Source: an uncultured Rhodobacteraceae bacterium (GTDB taxonomy: Bacteria > Pseudomonadota > Alphaproteobacteria > Rhodobacterales > Rhodobacteraceae). From it: a stretch of 64,000 nt of DNA. A program made the position numbers and the translations under genes. The stretch is from contig CALILP010000038.1 in NCBI GenBank assembly GCA_938016515.1, forward strand, positions 1,930 through 65,929, given 5' to 3'. This document shows, piece by piece, positions 18,496 through 27,569 of this stretch. Under the pieces are notes generated by a model. That model saw only the letters and a list, made by a program, of their open reading frames with translations. It searched no databases and was not told the origin of the DNA. Within the stretch, counting starts at the first letter, position 1. The number at the start of each line of letters is the position of its first letter.

Positions 18496-20340
18496 TCACT
18501 TTGTCTTCTCCAGTTTTTCGAGCGCCGCCATCCAGAGCGCTTCGGCCCGCTCTAGCCCTTGCATGACTTCCGCGTATTTCTTGTTCCAGGTTTCCAGCTC
18601 GCCTTTGCGACCGTCTTCGTAGAGGACTGGATCGGCGAGTTTCTTGGAGAGTTTGTCGCGCATCTCGCTGATTTTGGTGACCCGTTCCTCGGCCTTGCGC
18701 ACGTCTGCCTTGAGGGCCAGTTTTTCGTCGCGGGTGAGCACCTTGGCTTTGAGTTTTGGTTTTTCCGCAGCCTTTGGCTTGTCCGGTGTCAGCAGCATTT
18801 TGCGGTAGGTGGGCAGGTCTTCGTCGTAGGGTGTGACGTGTCCGCCTTTGACCAGCCACAGGCGGTCGGCGACCATCGACAGCAGGTGCATGTCGTGGCT
18901 GACGAGGATGACAGCACCGGTGTAGGCGGTCAGCGCTTCGACCAGTGCTTCGCGGCTTTCGATGTCGAGGTGGTTTGTCGGCTCGTCGAGGATCAGCAGG
19001 TGCGGCGCGGGCAGGGTAGCGAGCAACAGCGACAGGCGCGCTTTTTGACCGCCTGAGAGGCGGCCGACTTCGGTGTCTGCTTGGTCTGCCCCAAGGCCGA
19101 AACCGGCGAGACGGGCGCGGAGTTTGGCTTGGCCTTCGTTTGGGCGTTCCCGGAAGAGGTGGTCCAGCGGGGTTTCGTCGATGCGCAGTTCGTCGACCTG
19201 GTGCTGGGCGAAAAAGCCGATGCGCAGTTTGTTCGAGGTGACCATCTTGCCGCGTGAAACGGGCAGGCGGTCGGAGAGCATTTTGGAGAGGGTGGATTTG
19301 CCCTCGCCGTTGCGGCCCAACAGCGCGATGCGGTCGTCCTGGTCGATGCGCAGGTTCAGGTCGTGCAGGACAATGTGATTGCCGTAGCCGACCGCGGCGC
19401 CCTCGGTCGCGATGATGGGCGGCGACAGCTCTTCAGGTTTGGGGAAGGTGAAAACGGTGCGGGCCGCGTCTTCCGGTGCCCGGATCGTTTCCATCTTTTC
19501 CAGCATTTTGACGCGGGATTGCGCTTGTTTTGCCTTCGAGGCTTTGGCTTTGAACCGGTCTACGAAGGATTGCAGGTGGGCCCGCTGCAGGTCTTGTTTC
19601 TTGGCGGCCGCCGCTTGCACTTCGCGCTTCGCTGCCCGCTGCTTGACGAATTGGTCGTAAGGGCCGGTGTAGTAGGTCAGGCCTTTGTCTTCGAGGTGCA
19701 GGATGCCGCCGACGGAGCGGTTCAGCAGTTCCCGGTCGTGGCTGACGATCAGCACGGTGTGGGGGTATTTGACGAGGTAGGCTTCGAGCCAGAGCGCGCC
19801 TTCGAGGTCGAGGTAGTTGGTGGGCTCGTCGAGGAGCAGCAGGTCGGGCTCGGAGAACAGGACCGCCGCGAGAGCCACGCGCATGCGCCAGCCGCCGGAG
19901 AAGGCAGAGCAGGGGTGGTGGATTTCTTCGGGGGTGAAGCCGAGCCCTTTGAGGATTGTCGCGGCCCGCGCCTCTGCCGACCATGCGTCGATGTCGGCAA
20001 GCCGGGTCTGGATATCCGCGATGCGGTTGGGGTCGGTGGCTGTATCAGCCTCGGCCAGCAGTGCCTCGCGTTCCGCGTCGGCGCGCAAGACGGTGTTGAG
20101 AAGTGAGACCTCGTTGCCCGGCACCTCTTGGCTGACCCCGCCGATCTTCCAGCCGCGCGGAATGGTGACGCCGCCGGTTTCCGTGGGCATCTCGCCCCGG
20201 ATGACGCGGAACAGGGTCGTCTTGCCAGAACCGTTGCGCCCGACAAGGCCCACTTTGTGGCCCGTGGGAATCGTGACGGTGGCGTGTTCGACCAGCGTGC
20301 GGCCTTCGATGGAATAGGTGAGGTCTGATATCTTGAGCAT
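18496..20340 (-). CDS. ABC-F family ATPase (YheS-like)
   Basis: Two ABC domains (GRNGSGKT/FSGGWRMR/LDEPTN and GRNGEGKS/LSGGQKAR/LDEPTN), no TM segments, C-terminal coiled coil. Confidence 0.93.
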   Translation of the reverse strand: MLKISDLTYSIEGRTLVEHATVTIPTGHKVGLVGRNGSGKTTLFRVIRGEMPTETGGVTIPRGWKIGGVSQEVPGNEVSLLNTVLRADAEREALLAEADTATDPNRIADIQTRLADIDAWSAEARAATILKGLGFTPEEIHHPCSAFSGGWRMRVALAAVLFSEPDLLLLDEPTNYLDLEGALWLEAYLVKYPHTVLIVSHDRELLNRSVGGILHLEDKGLTYYTGPYDQFVKQRAAKREVQAAAAKKQDLQRAHLQSFVDRFKAKASKAKQAQSRVKMLEKMETIRAPEDAARTVFTFPKPEELSPPIIATEGAAVGYGNHIVLHDLNLRIDQDDRIALLGRNGEGKSTLSKMLSDRLPVSRGKMVTSNKLRIGFFAQHQVDELRIDETPLDHLFRERPNEGQAKLRARLAGFGLGADQADTEVGRLSGGQKARLSLLLATLPAPHLLILDEPTNHLDIESREALVEALTAYTGAVILVSHDMHLLSMVADRLWLVKGGHVTPYDEDLPTYRKMLLTPDKPKAAEKPKLKAKVLTRDEKLALKADVRKAEERVTKISEMRDKLSKKLADPVLYEDGRKGELETWNKKYAEVMQGLERAEALWMAALEKLEKTK

Positions 20341-20468
20341 ACGCGCGGCTTTGCCTGAACGAACACGCAGGGTCAATGCGCAGTGAGGCACGCAAGGGTC
20401 TTTTCAACGTTGGGGGGGCATGCTAGGGCCCGGGCAAAGATAAACTCACTTCAGGAAAGACCAAACAC

Positions 20469-20891
20469 ATGGCCATCCAGCGTACATTCTCGATCATCAA
20501 ACCAGACGCCACCAAGCGGAACCTGACTGGCAAAATTGCCGCCAAGTTCGAAGACGCTGGCCTGCGGATTGTTGCCTCTAAGCGGATCCAGTTGACGCTG
20601 GCCCAAGCCCAGCAGTTCTACGGCGTCCACTCTGAGCGTCCGTTCTTTGGTGAGCTGTGTGAGTTCATGATTTCCGAGCCGATTGTGGTGCAGGTTCTGG
20701 AAGGTGAAGACGCGATCGCCAAGAACCGTGAAGTGATGGGTGCGACGAACCCGGCTGATGCAGCTGAAGGCACGATCCGTAAGGAATTTGCGCTGTCCAT
20801 CGGCGAGAACTCTGTTCACGGGTCAGATGCGCCAGAGACCGCAGCCGAAGAGATTGCGTTCTTCTTTTCTGGTCTTGAGCTGGTTGGCTAA
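20469..20891 (+). CDS. ndk: Nucleoside diphosphate kinase
   Basis: Motifs [23 protein letters not shown]. Confidence 0.97.
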   Translation: MAIQRTFSIIKPDATKRNLTGKIAAKFEDAGLRIVASKRIQLTLAQAQQFYGVHSERPFFGELCEFMISEPIVVQVLEGEDAIAKNREVMGATNPADAAEGTIRKEFALSIGENSVHGSDAPETAAEEIAFFFSGLELVG

Positions 20892-20897
20892 GCGGCG

Positions 20898-20919
20898 CGT
20901 GGGTTTTACCCACCCTACG
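20898..20919 (-). repeat. REP-like GTAG-flanked palindrome
   Basis: Minus strand reads CGTAGG-GTGGG-TAAAA-CCCAC-G: GTAG tetranucleotide followed by a short hairpin. Confidence 0.5.
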
Positions 20920-20926
20920 AAATACG

Positions 20927-20955
20927 AAAGGGCGCCGATTGGGGCGCCCTTTTTT
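20927..20955. terminator. Terminator between convergent ndk and the Pmp3-family gene
   Basis: Stem AAAGGGCGCC...GGCGCCCTTT with T-run on the plus strand. Confidence 0.8.
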
Positions 20956-21133
20956 ATGCCTGCTGCTGTTGCGGCAGGCCGCGCGCCAGAATGTAGGCCG
21001 CGTGGATGAAGCCGGGGATGTAAAAGCACAGCGTCAGCAGGATGTTCAGCCAGAATGCCCCGCGCAGGCCCACTGTTAGGAAGACACCCAGCGGTGGGAT
21101 GATGATCGTCAGGATCAGTTTCACATAATACAT
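20954..21133 (-). CDS. YqaE/Pmp3-family proteolipid
   Basis: Signature IIIPPLGVFL...NILLTLCFYIPGFIHA; 59 aa. Confidence 0.88.
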   Translation of the reverse strand: MYYVKLILTIIIPPLGVFLTVGLRGAFWLNILLTLCFYIPGFIHAAYILARGLPQQQQA

Positions 21134-21134
21134 A

Positions 21135-21542
21135 TCAGGCCATCCATGCAGTTTCGGGAATACGGGTCGTGCGGACCTCGCGGGCGCGCGCGGCGCGTCG
21201 GTTGAGGTTGGTTTCCAGCGCCCGGTAGTTGCGCAGGTTTGCGTTGTAGACCACGTCGAAGATATCACCGATGATCGGGATCGAGCCGATGACGAAGTCG
21301 AGGGCCGTGTTCAGGCTCATGTACGCAATCGTGCCGGGCGTAGCCCCGATTTTGTGTGCCCTGTGGATCATCCAGACGGATGGGGCCATCGCCAGTAAGT
21401 CACCGACCACGGGAACCAGACCGAAAATGTTGTCCAGTCCGACAGTGACACGGGTGCCGGGGATCGTGAAAATTGCGTCCATACGCATCGCGACTTTGCG
21501 CAAAAGCGCCAGTTCTTGGTCAATATCATTTTGAATGTGCAT
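21135..21542 (-). CDS. DUF4112-family membrane protein
   Basis: Motifs MDAIFTIPGT, GLDNIFGLVPVVGD, GSIPIIGDIFD, ANLRN. Confidence 0.85.
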   Translation of the reverse strand: MHIQNDIDQELALLRKVAMRMDAIFTIPGTRVTVGLDNIFGLVPVVGDLLAMAPSVWMIHRAHKIGATPGTIAYMSLNTALDFVIGSIPIIGDIFDVVYNANLRNYRALETNLNRRAARAREVRTTRIPETAWMA

Positions 21543-21588
21543 GGTGTTAACATACACTGGTATACCGCTAAAGTAAAGGGTCTTTACA

Positions 21589-21915
21589 TTATGGGGTGTC
21601 GCGGACGCCAATGCGGTCAAGAAAGTCTTCTAATTCAGTGCGTTCTGCGTTGAAACTTTGAGCCTTGATGGCGTCAAAGGACTTGCGGAGTGCCTTCTTT
21701 TCCGCGCCCTTGCAATCATTCCAAGGGCGGCCTTGAAGTGCCATATGCAAGACGTAGAAGCCGATAAAATGGGGTTTGCCGCCGTTTTCGAGAAGCCGCG
21801 CATAGGCGGCATCTGCGCCGATCTCGCGCAGTTCTTCCGCTGTCATGATGCCAGCCTTGTTCAAGGCCTCTTCAACTGCTGGCCCAAGGTTCCGAATAGT
21901 CGAGATCGCGGTCAT
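21589..21915 (-). CDS. TfoX/Sxy C-terminal-domain protein
   Basis: Motifs IRNLGPAVEEALNKAGI, LREIGA, ALQGRPW. Confidence 0.8.
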   Translation of the reverse strand: MTAISTIRNLGPAVEEALNKAGIMTAEELREIGADAAYARLLENGGKPHFIGFYVLHMALQGRPWNDCKGAEKKALRKSFDAIKAQSFNAERTELEDFLDRIGVRDTP

Positions 21916-21937
21916 GGGCCCATCGTGGCTCAAGCCG

Positions 21938-22052
21938 AAAAAAAAGACCAGTGGGGTTTGCGACTGACAGGGAGAAGGTCAGTGCGAACGCCCGCTGGTC
22001 ATATTCGGTCACCGCAAGCGCAGGGAGGAGGCGCTGTTGGTCTCACCGACAT
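21938..22052 (-). ncRNA. Putative sRNA C with two anti-Shine-Dalgarno (CUCCC) loops, in the 3' UTR of a small ORF
   Basis: Minus strand: GCGC-CUCCUCCCU-GCGC hairpin; CUGAC-CUUCUCCCU-GUCAG hairpin nested in GACCAG...CUGGUC; then U8. Confidence 0.65.
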
Positions 22053-22053
22053 T

Positions 22054-22164
22054 CTAAATACTCGCGTAGTCCTGAAAGACCGGATGTTTGTCGTCCGGTT
22101 TGGTCTCTCTCGGGGCCTGCTGCGGCGCAGGAGCTGCGCCTTTGGGTGTCTCATCTTTCGCCAT
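22054..22164 (-). CDS. 36-aa small protein MAKDETPK...HPVFQDYASI
   Basis: AAAAGGA RBS before ATG 22164; disordered N-part; C-terminal F-x-D-(W/Y)-A-S-I motif recalled from Rhodobacterales small proteins (not verified). Confidence 0.7.
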   Translation of the reverse strand: MAKDETPKGAAPAPQQAPRETKPDDKHPVFQDYASI

Positions 22165-22328
22165 AACACTGGTCCTTTTACACAAACATACGCACCTTCG
22201 AGTGCCTATTGTGTAGGTCAGCGCCATCGAAGGCGTAGGTGTAGTGTACGCGCAAATCCGCCGATAGCGGGGCTGAAATGTGGAAACACTGCGTTTATCA
22301 ACGACAGGTTGTGGCAATTTTGCCGCGA

Positions 22329-24452
22329 CTAGCCTTTCGACCGATGCGGGGGTTGCCCCCCGCCGGGCTTGCCTTTGCCCGGTTTGCGCTTGCCGCCGGG
22401 AGGCGTGAAACGCTTGGACGTGTCGGATGCAGTTGGCTTTGGTTTGCCGGGCTTTCCGCCGTCGGATTTGCCTTTGAAGGTAGGTTTTCCGCTTGGTTTA
22501 CCACCCGGTTTGCCAGAAGGCTTGCCGCCCGGTTTGCCTTGATACCCGCCCGGCTTGCCTTTGCCAGCGGGGCGGTCTTCTCCACGCGGTTTGTAGGCTT
22601 TTGGTTTCAGGGCGTCCCCGTGATCTTTGCGTTCGGGCTTGCCGAAATCTGATTTCTTGTGGCGCGACTTGCGCGGTGCTTCGACAGGCGCAAGATCGTC
22701 TTGCCGGGATGGCGGCGGTGAGGACTGATCGCGCGGCTTGTCGTATTTGGGTTTGCTGCGCTGCGGACGGTCTCCGTCCGGTTTGCCCCGTGGCGGACGC
22801 CCGTCTGGCTTGTCGCGGTACATTTTCTTGTCAGGGCGCGGTCCGCGATCAGAGATCTTTGGCGGGCCATCCATGGCGGACAGGGTCGCCTGGTTTTCCA
22901 GCGACATGTCGGGCCCAACGGACTTGAGGAAACCCGGAACAGCGGCTTCTGAGATTTCCACGTAGGTCTCGTTGGGCTGAATGCGGATCGCCCCGATCTC
23001 TTTCTTGGTGATGTCACCGGCCTTGCAGATCATGGGCAGTAGCCAGCGGGCCTCTGCTTTGCCTTCGCGGCCCACGTCGACCTTGAACCACTTGGATGGC
23101 CCAAAAGGTGCGCGTTCCTTGCGTTCCCGCTGTTCGCGTTGGGGTGGGGCCGATGGGTCGATGGCTGTAAGGTCCTCGGGCGCGGATTGCTTGCCTTGGA
23201 AGAGACGCAGGTAGGCAGCAGCGATCTTTTCGGGGGCATGCTGAGCAAGCAGCTTTTCGGCGAAGGCGGTTTCCGCTTCGGTGGCTTCTTCGGACCAAAC
23301 GGCGTCCGTCAGCAGACGTTCTTCGTCTTTCGCCTGAATTTCTTCAGCGGTTGGGGCTGCCGCCCATTCCGCTTTCAGTTTTCCCCACTTCAAAAGGTTC
23401 TCGCCGCGGCGGCGCATCTTAGGCGGCACGATCAGGGCTGAAATCCCCTTTCGACCCGCCCGACCCGTCCGGCCAGAGCGGTGCAGCAGGGTTTCAGCGT
23501 TGGTGGGCAATTCCGCGTGGATCACCAGTTCAAGGTTCGGCAAATCGATCCCGCGGGCCGCAACATCGGTCGCCACACAGACTTTGGCCCGGCCATCGCG
23601 CATCGCTTGCAGCGCGTGGGAGCGTTCTTGTTGGCTCAGCTCCCCCGACAAGGCCACCGTCGCGAACCCACGGTTCGACAGGCGTGTCGTCAGGCGCGTG
23701 ACCATCGCACGGGTGTTGCAGAAGACGATGGCATTGGGAGCCTCGTAGTAGCGCAGCACGTTGATGATCGCGTTGTCCGCGTCGTGTTGGGCGACGGGAA
23801 GGGCGCGATATTCGATGTCGGCGTGTTGGGTTTCTTTGGTGACTGTAGAGATCCGCTTGGCGTCGTTCTGGTAGGACTTTGCCAGCTTCACAATCATCGG
23901 TGGGACCGTGGCCGAGAACATCAGGGTGCGGCGGTCTTCGGGGGCCTCGCCCAAGATGAATTCAAGGTCTTCGCGAAAGCCAAGGTCGAGCATCTCGTCC
24001 GCTTCATCGAGCACGATTGCGCGGATGTCGGACATATCGAGCGTGCCACGCATGATGTGGTCTTTCAGGCGGCCCGGTGTTGAGACAACGATATGGGCAC
24101 CGCGTTCCAGCGTGCGCTTTTCGTCCCGGAAATCCATGCCGCCAACGGTCGACGCCACTGTTACGTTTGTTGGACGATAAAGCCACTGCAACTCGCGCTT
24201 CACCTGCAAGGCCAATTCCCGCGTCGGCGCGATGATCAGCGCAAGCGGACGGCCCGCTGGTCCAAAGACACCATCCTCGGGCAGGATCGTCGGCCCAATC
24301 GCCAGTCCAAACCCAACCGTTTTGCCAGAACCGGTCTGGGCTGAGACCAGCAGGTCCTGCGTGATCAGATCCGGATCGGTCACGGCTTCCTGTACGGGGG
24401 TCAGGGTGTCGTAGCCCTGTTTTTCCAAGGCAGATGCGAGAGTCGAGATCAT
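22329..24452 (-). CDS. DEAD-box RNA helicase (DeaD/CsdA-like) with DbpA-type RNA-binding domain and basic disordered tail
   Basis: Motifs AQTGSGKT, PTRELA, DEAD, SAT, ARGID, HRSGRTGRAG. Confidence 0.93.
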   Translation of the reverse strand: MISTLASALEKQGYDTLTPVQEAVTDPDLITQDLLVSAQTGSGKTVGFGLAIGPTILPEDGVFGPAGRPLALIIAPTRELALQVKRELQWLYRPTNVTVASTVGGMDFRDEKRTLERGAHIVVSTPGRLKDHIMRGTLDMSDIRAIVLDEADEMLDLGFREDLEFILGEAPEDRRTLMFSATVPPMIVKLAKSYQNDAKRISTVTKETQHADIEYRALPVAQHDADNAIINVLRYYEAPNAIVFCNTRAMVTRLTTRLSNRGFATVALSGELSQQERSHALQAMRDGRAKVCVATDVAARGIDLPNLELVIHAELPTNAETLLHRSGRTGRAGRKGISALIVPPKMRRRGENLLKWGKLKAEWAAAPTAEEIQAKDEERLLTDAVWSEEATEAETAFAEKLLAQHAPEKIAAAYLRLFQGKQSAPEDLTAIDPSAPPQREQRERKERAPFGPSKWFKVDVGREGKAEARWLLPMICKAGDITKKEIGAIRIQPNETYVEISEAAVPGFLKSVGPDMSLENQATLSAMDGPPKISDRGPRPDKKMYRDKPDGRPPRGKPDGDRPQRSKPKYDKPRDQSSPPPSRQDDLAPVEAPRKSRHKKSDFGKPERKDHGDALKPKAYKPRGEDRPAGKGKPGGYQGKPGGKPSGKPGGKPSGKPTFKGKSDGGKPGKPKPTASDTSKRFTPPGGKRKPGKGKPGGGQPPHRSKG

Positions 24453-24523
24453 GAAGAACGGTCCAGTTGGGATAAGTGCATGCGCCTATGCCTGTTCGGA
24501 CAAGGTGTCTAGGGCGAAAGCGC

Positions 24524-25387
24524 CTAACCTTGGGGACCTGTGACCGGGACGACCGCAGTCAGCCGGTGTCCGGTGCGGCTGCAGTATTGATACAGGACTG
24601 CGACGGCGATGAGGGTGATGATACCGGGTAAAAGCAGGCTCCAGGGCGAGAGGTCTGGGGCTTCGACTGCTGTTCCGGGCACGTTCCCCATGAATTCCGC
24701 TGAAGCGACCCCCATCATCGCGTAGCTGTTCCAGATCATGTGCAACAAAATTGCGGGCCACAGGCTGTGTCCTTGCAAAACAAGGCTGCAGAACAGAACC
24801 CCCAAGGCTGTTGCATTCAGCATCTGAAACAGGGTTTCCGACAGCCCTTGGCCGACCCCTGCGTTCACAAGGTGTAACGCACCAAATGCAATAGAGGAGA
24901 CAATGATAGCGGTTGCCAGCGAGTGCCGATGCCGTAACGCTCCGAAGACGAAACCGCGAAAGAGAACTTCTTCGGACAGGCCAACGAAGAAATTCAGCGC
25001 CAATACCATGCCAAGGATGCCGAGTGGGTTCTGAGCCGCCTCTGCGTTGAACAAAAACAACGAGAAAGTCACGATCCCGACAAGCGGATAGATCAATGTC
25101 GCAAAAAGGGGCTTTATCGCCCAATTTTGCATACGTGCCGTTACAAGCGTGATGTCCCACCAATCCAGCAACCAAACAAGCGCGAGCAGCAGTGCCGTCA
25201 GCATGATCTGCCAAGGCAAGCCGCTGACCAGTGCGGCAAAGTCCAGGTTTCCGGTCCCCCCGGTCAGGTCCGTTGTGCCAAAAAAGATGAATGGTGCCGT
25301 GAAAATCAGAATGAAGAGGCCCAGAATTGCCATGGCAGTGGCCTGTTGATGTGTTTTTGCCCGCAGACGGAGTTTGATCAACCACAT
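24524..25387 (-). CDS. CPBP (Abi/CAAX) family intramembrane protease
   Basis: Motifs EEVLFRG, FGALH, HMIWN; start uncertain (25387 or 25333). Confidence 0.85.
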   Translation of the reverse strand: MWLIKLRLRAKTHQQATAMAILGLFILIFTAPFIFFGTTDLTGGTGNLDFAALVSGLPWQIMLTALLLALVWLLDWWDITLVTARMQNWAIKPLFATLIYPLVGIVTFSLFLFNAEAAQNPLGILGMVLALNFFVGLSEEVLFRGFVFGALRHRHSLATAIIVSSIAFGALHLVNAGVGQGLSETLFQMLNATALGVLFCSLVLQGHSLWPAILLHMIWNSYAMMGVASAEFMGNVPGTAVEAPDLSPWSLLLPGIITLIAVAVLYQYCSRTGHRLTAVVPVTGPQG

Positions 25388-25421
25388 GGGCAAAACCTTG
25401 GCGCTTTTGATCCTGCACTGG

Positions 25422-26015
25422 TCATGCGGTGGCAAACCACGCGTCCAAACGGTGCTTTAGTGCAGTCCAAAGCGCTGGTGCGCCTTTGGTGACTTTTGAA
25501 CCAACCCGCGCCTCCACTTGGTCGCGTGTGACGTTATAGTCGACCCAAGACTGCCCGCCTGTTTCAAGGTTGGCAATAACTGGCTGGACCCGGTCGATTG
25601 ATTTGGCAAAGATCGCATCATCCGTTTCTGCAGCCTCGAATTCGTCCCAGAGCGCACGAAATTCTTCGGCTTGGTCGGGCGGCAAAATGCCGAAAATGCG
25701 GTCTGCGGCGGCTTGTTCAAGCGCGTCTTGGGCTGCGGATTCTTGGGCGGCTGCACTGTGGATCGGTGTGTCGCCGGCGTCGATTTCGACGAGGTCGTGC
25801 AGCAACAGCATCTTAAGGACCCGATTGATGTCGATTGGTTTGACTGCGTGTTCGGCCATTGTCAGGGCATAAAGTGCGACGTGCCAGGAATGCTCGCCAG
25901 AGTTTTCAAATCGCGCACCATCACAGGTTTTGGTCGCCCGCATGATTGTTTTAAGCCGATCAGCCTCGGTCAGAAATGCGAATTGTGCGGCGATCCGACG
26001 GTCCAAGGAGGTCAT
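25422..26015 (-). CDS. HD-domain hydrolase (YfbR/HDDC2-like)
   Basis: Motifs ENSGEHSWH, LLHDLVEIDAGD, FAKSIDR; ATGA-coupled to the upstream gene. Confidence 0.88.
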   Translation of the reverse strand: MTSLDRRIAAQFAFLTEADRLKTIMRATKTCDGARFENSGEHSWHVALYALTMAEHAVKPIDINRVLKMLLLHDLVEIDAGDTPIHSAAAQESAAQDALEQAAADRIFGILPPDQAEEFRALWDEFEAAETDDAIFAKSIDRVQPVIANLETGGQSWVDYNVTRDQVEARVGSKVTKGAPALWTALKHRLDAWFATA

Positions 26016-26461
26016 GGTTGTTTCACCCCGGTGGCGCAAGAAGGGCACGGCATGTCGGAGCGTTTGATTTCATCAAACAGGTCGCCAAAACTGTCCCATG
26101 GGTACAGGCCGTGGACTGCGTTCACGAAGGCCTCGATCACGGCTGGATCATGCGTTGGATGGTTGGGAAAGTCGTTGCGCGCGGCTGCGTCGAAATTCAG
26201 GATGTCGCGAAATCGCGGGATCTGATCAAATCCAGCAACGGCCCACTGGCCCGACAGAATGGGCGCGTCTGTGGTGAAAGCCAGCGCAATGACATCTGAC
26301 AGCAAGAATGGTGTGATGGTGTCGTTTGGACCTGTTTTGCGCGTGGAAATGCCTAAGAAAACGCAGTCTGGGCGCGCAGGTGTGACGTCGAAAATCTGTG
26401 CTGCGGCAAAGCCGCCATCCAAAAGCGGTATCCGAAGATAATCCGCCTGATCATAGGTCAT
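26012..26461 (-). CDS. Hypothetical protein, possibly Imm26-like
   Basis: Coupled by ATGA overlaps on both sides; N-terminus DYLRIPLLDGGFAAAQI resembles the Imm26 start pattern. Confidence 0.55.
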   Translation of the reverse strand: MTYDQADYLRIPLLDGGFAAAQIFDVTPARPDCVFLGISTRKTGPNDTITPFLLSDVIALAFTTDAPILSGQWAVAGFDQIPRFRDILNFDAAARNDFPNHPTHDPAVIEAFVNAVHGLYPWDSFGDLFDEIKRSDMPCPSCATGVKQP

Positions 26462-26742
26462 GCGCTGTCTGTTGGGCCGTTTTCGCCGCCAGGTGCCGGG
26501 TCATCAGATGCTGCAGCAGCAGCTGTGTCACGTGCGGTCGCACGCTCTGCCAGCAGTTCGCGGGCGCGCTTTTCTGCGCGCCGCACGCGGACGGCTGTCA
26601 GAAAGGACTCTTCCAGTGTTTGCGAAGAAGCCCCCATGATGTTGGCAATCGTCTGCACGATTTTCTCGTCGCCGGTAAGCAACTCATCGGCAAGAGCCAT
26701 ATCTGCGATCTCATTGGCGGCGATTTCTGTGTAGTCGGACAT
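26458..26742 (-). CDS. Small helical hypothetical protein
   Basis: In operon after the alpha/beta hydrolase; motif IMGASSQTLEESFLTAVRVRRAE. Confidence 0.7.
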   Translation of the reverse strand: MSDYTEIAANEIADMALADELLTGDEKIVQTIANIMGASSQTLEESFLTAVRVRRAEKRARELLAERATARDTAAAAASDDPAPGGENGPTDSA

Positions 26743-26749
26743 CGGGGGG

Positions 26750-27403
26750 TTACCGTGTGTTTTCTGTCAATCTGCGCTGGACGTAATCGGTCACTGTGTC
26801 GATCATGGGGTCCATGTACGGATCTTCAAAGAAATGCCCGGCCCCGTCCATCACATTATGGGTGATGGTGATCCCCTTTTGCTCGTGCAATTTATTCACG
26901 AGGTTCACAGTATCCTGAGGCGGTGCCACGCGGTCGCCAGAGCCGTTCATGATCAAGCCAGATGACGGGCAGGGTGCCAGAAAGCTGAAGTCATACATAT
27001 TGGCAGGCGGCGAGATCGAGATGAACCCGGTGATTTCCGGGCGACGCATCAACAGCTGCATGCCGATCCACGCACCAAACGAAAAGCCCGCAACCCAACA
27101 GTGCTTGGCGTTGTTGTTCATCGATTGCAGGTAGTCGAGCGCTGAGGCTGCGTCAGACAATTCCCCCACACCCTGATCATATTCACCTTGGCTGCGACCC
27201 ACGCCGCGGAAATTGAACCGCAACACTGTGAAGCCCATGCGCAGGAACGCATAGTGCAGGTTATAGACAACCCGGTTGTTCATCGTCCCACCAAACTGTG
27301 GATGCGGGTGCAGGACAATGGCGATCGGTGCGTCGCGATCTTTTTGAGGGTGGTAGCGGCCTTCAAGGCGGCCTTCGGGTCCGGGGAAGATGACTTCGGG
27401 CAT
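26750..27403 (-). CDS. Alpha/beta hydrolase typical of alphaproteobacterial isc/suf loci
   Basis: Motifs GPEGRLEG, HPHPQFGGTM, GFSFG nucleophile elbow, D and GHFF triad residues. Confidence 0.9.
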   Translation of the reverse strand: MPEVIFPGPEGRLEGRYHPQKDRDAPIAIVLHPHPQFGGTMNNRVVYNLHYAFLRMGFTVLRFNFRGVGRSQGEYDQGVGELSDAASALDYLQSMNNNAKHCWVAGFSFGAWIGMQLLMRRPEITGFISISPPANMYDFSFLAPCPSSGLIMNGSGDRVAPPQDTVNLVNKLHEQKGITITHNVMDGAGHFFEDPYMDPMIDTVTDYVQRRLTENTR

Positions 27404-27438
27404 AGGCGTCCGTTTTTGACAACAGGTACCGACATAAT

Positions 27439-27477
27439 CTTGACGAAAATGATCAGGCACCTTAGAAAGATTCTAAG
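27439..27477 (+). promoter_or_regulatory. iscR promoter with an Iron-Rhodo/IscR-type box over the -35
   Basis: TTGACG-N17-TAGAAA; TGA-N9-TCA element (cttgacgaaaatgatcagg); palindrome CTTAGAA-AGA-TTCTAAG at 27461-27477. Confidence 0.6.
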
Positions 27478-27569
27478 TTTGGCCTTATGGGCCAATTGGG
27501 CTGGTGTTTTGACCTAAGCTTTGCAGCCGCAGAGGTCAAACAAAATGAAGCTATTGCGGGGGAAGACGC

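Noticed and set aside
24486-25418. 310-aa alternative-frame ORF overlapping the CPBP gene
   Set aside because: The other frame carries the CPBP catalytic motifs; this one has none
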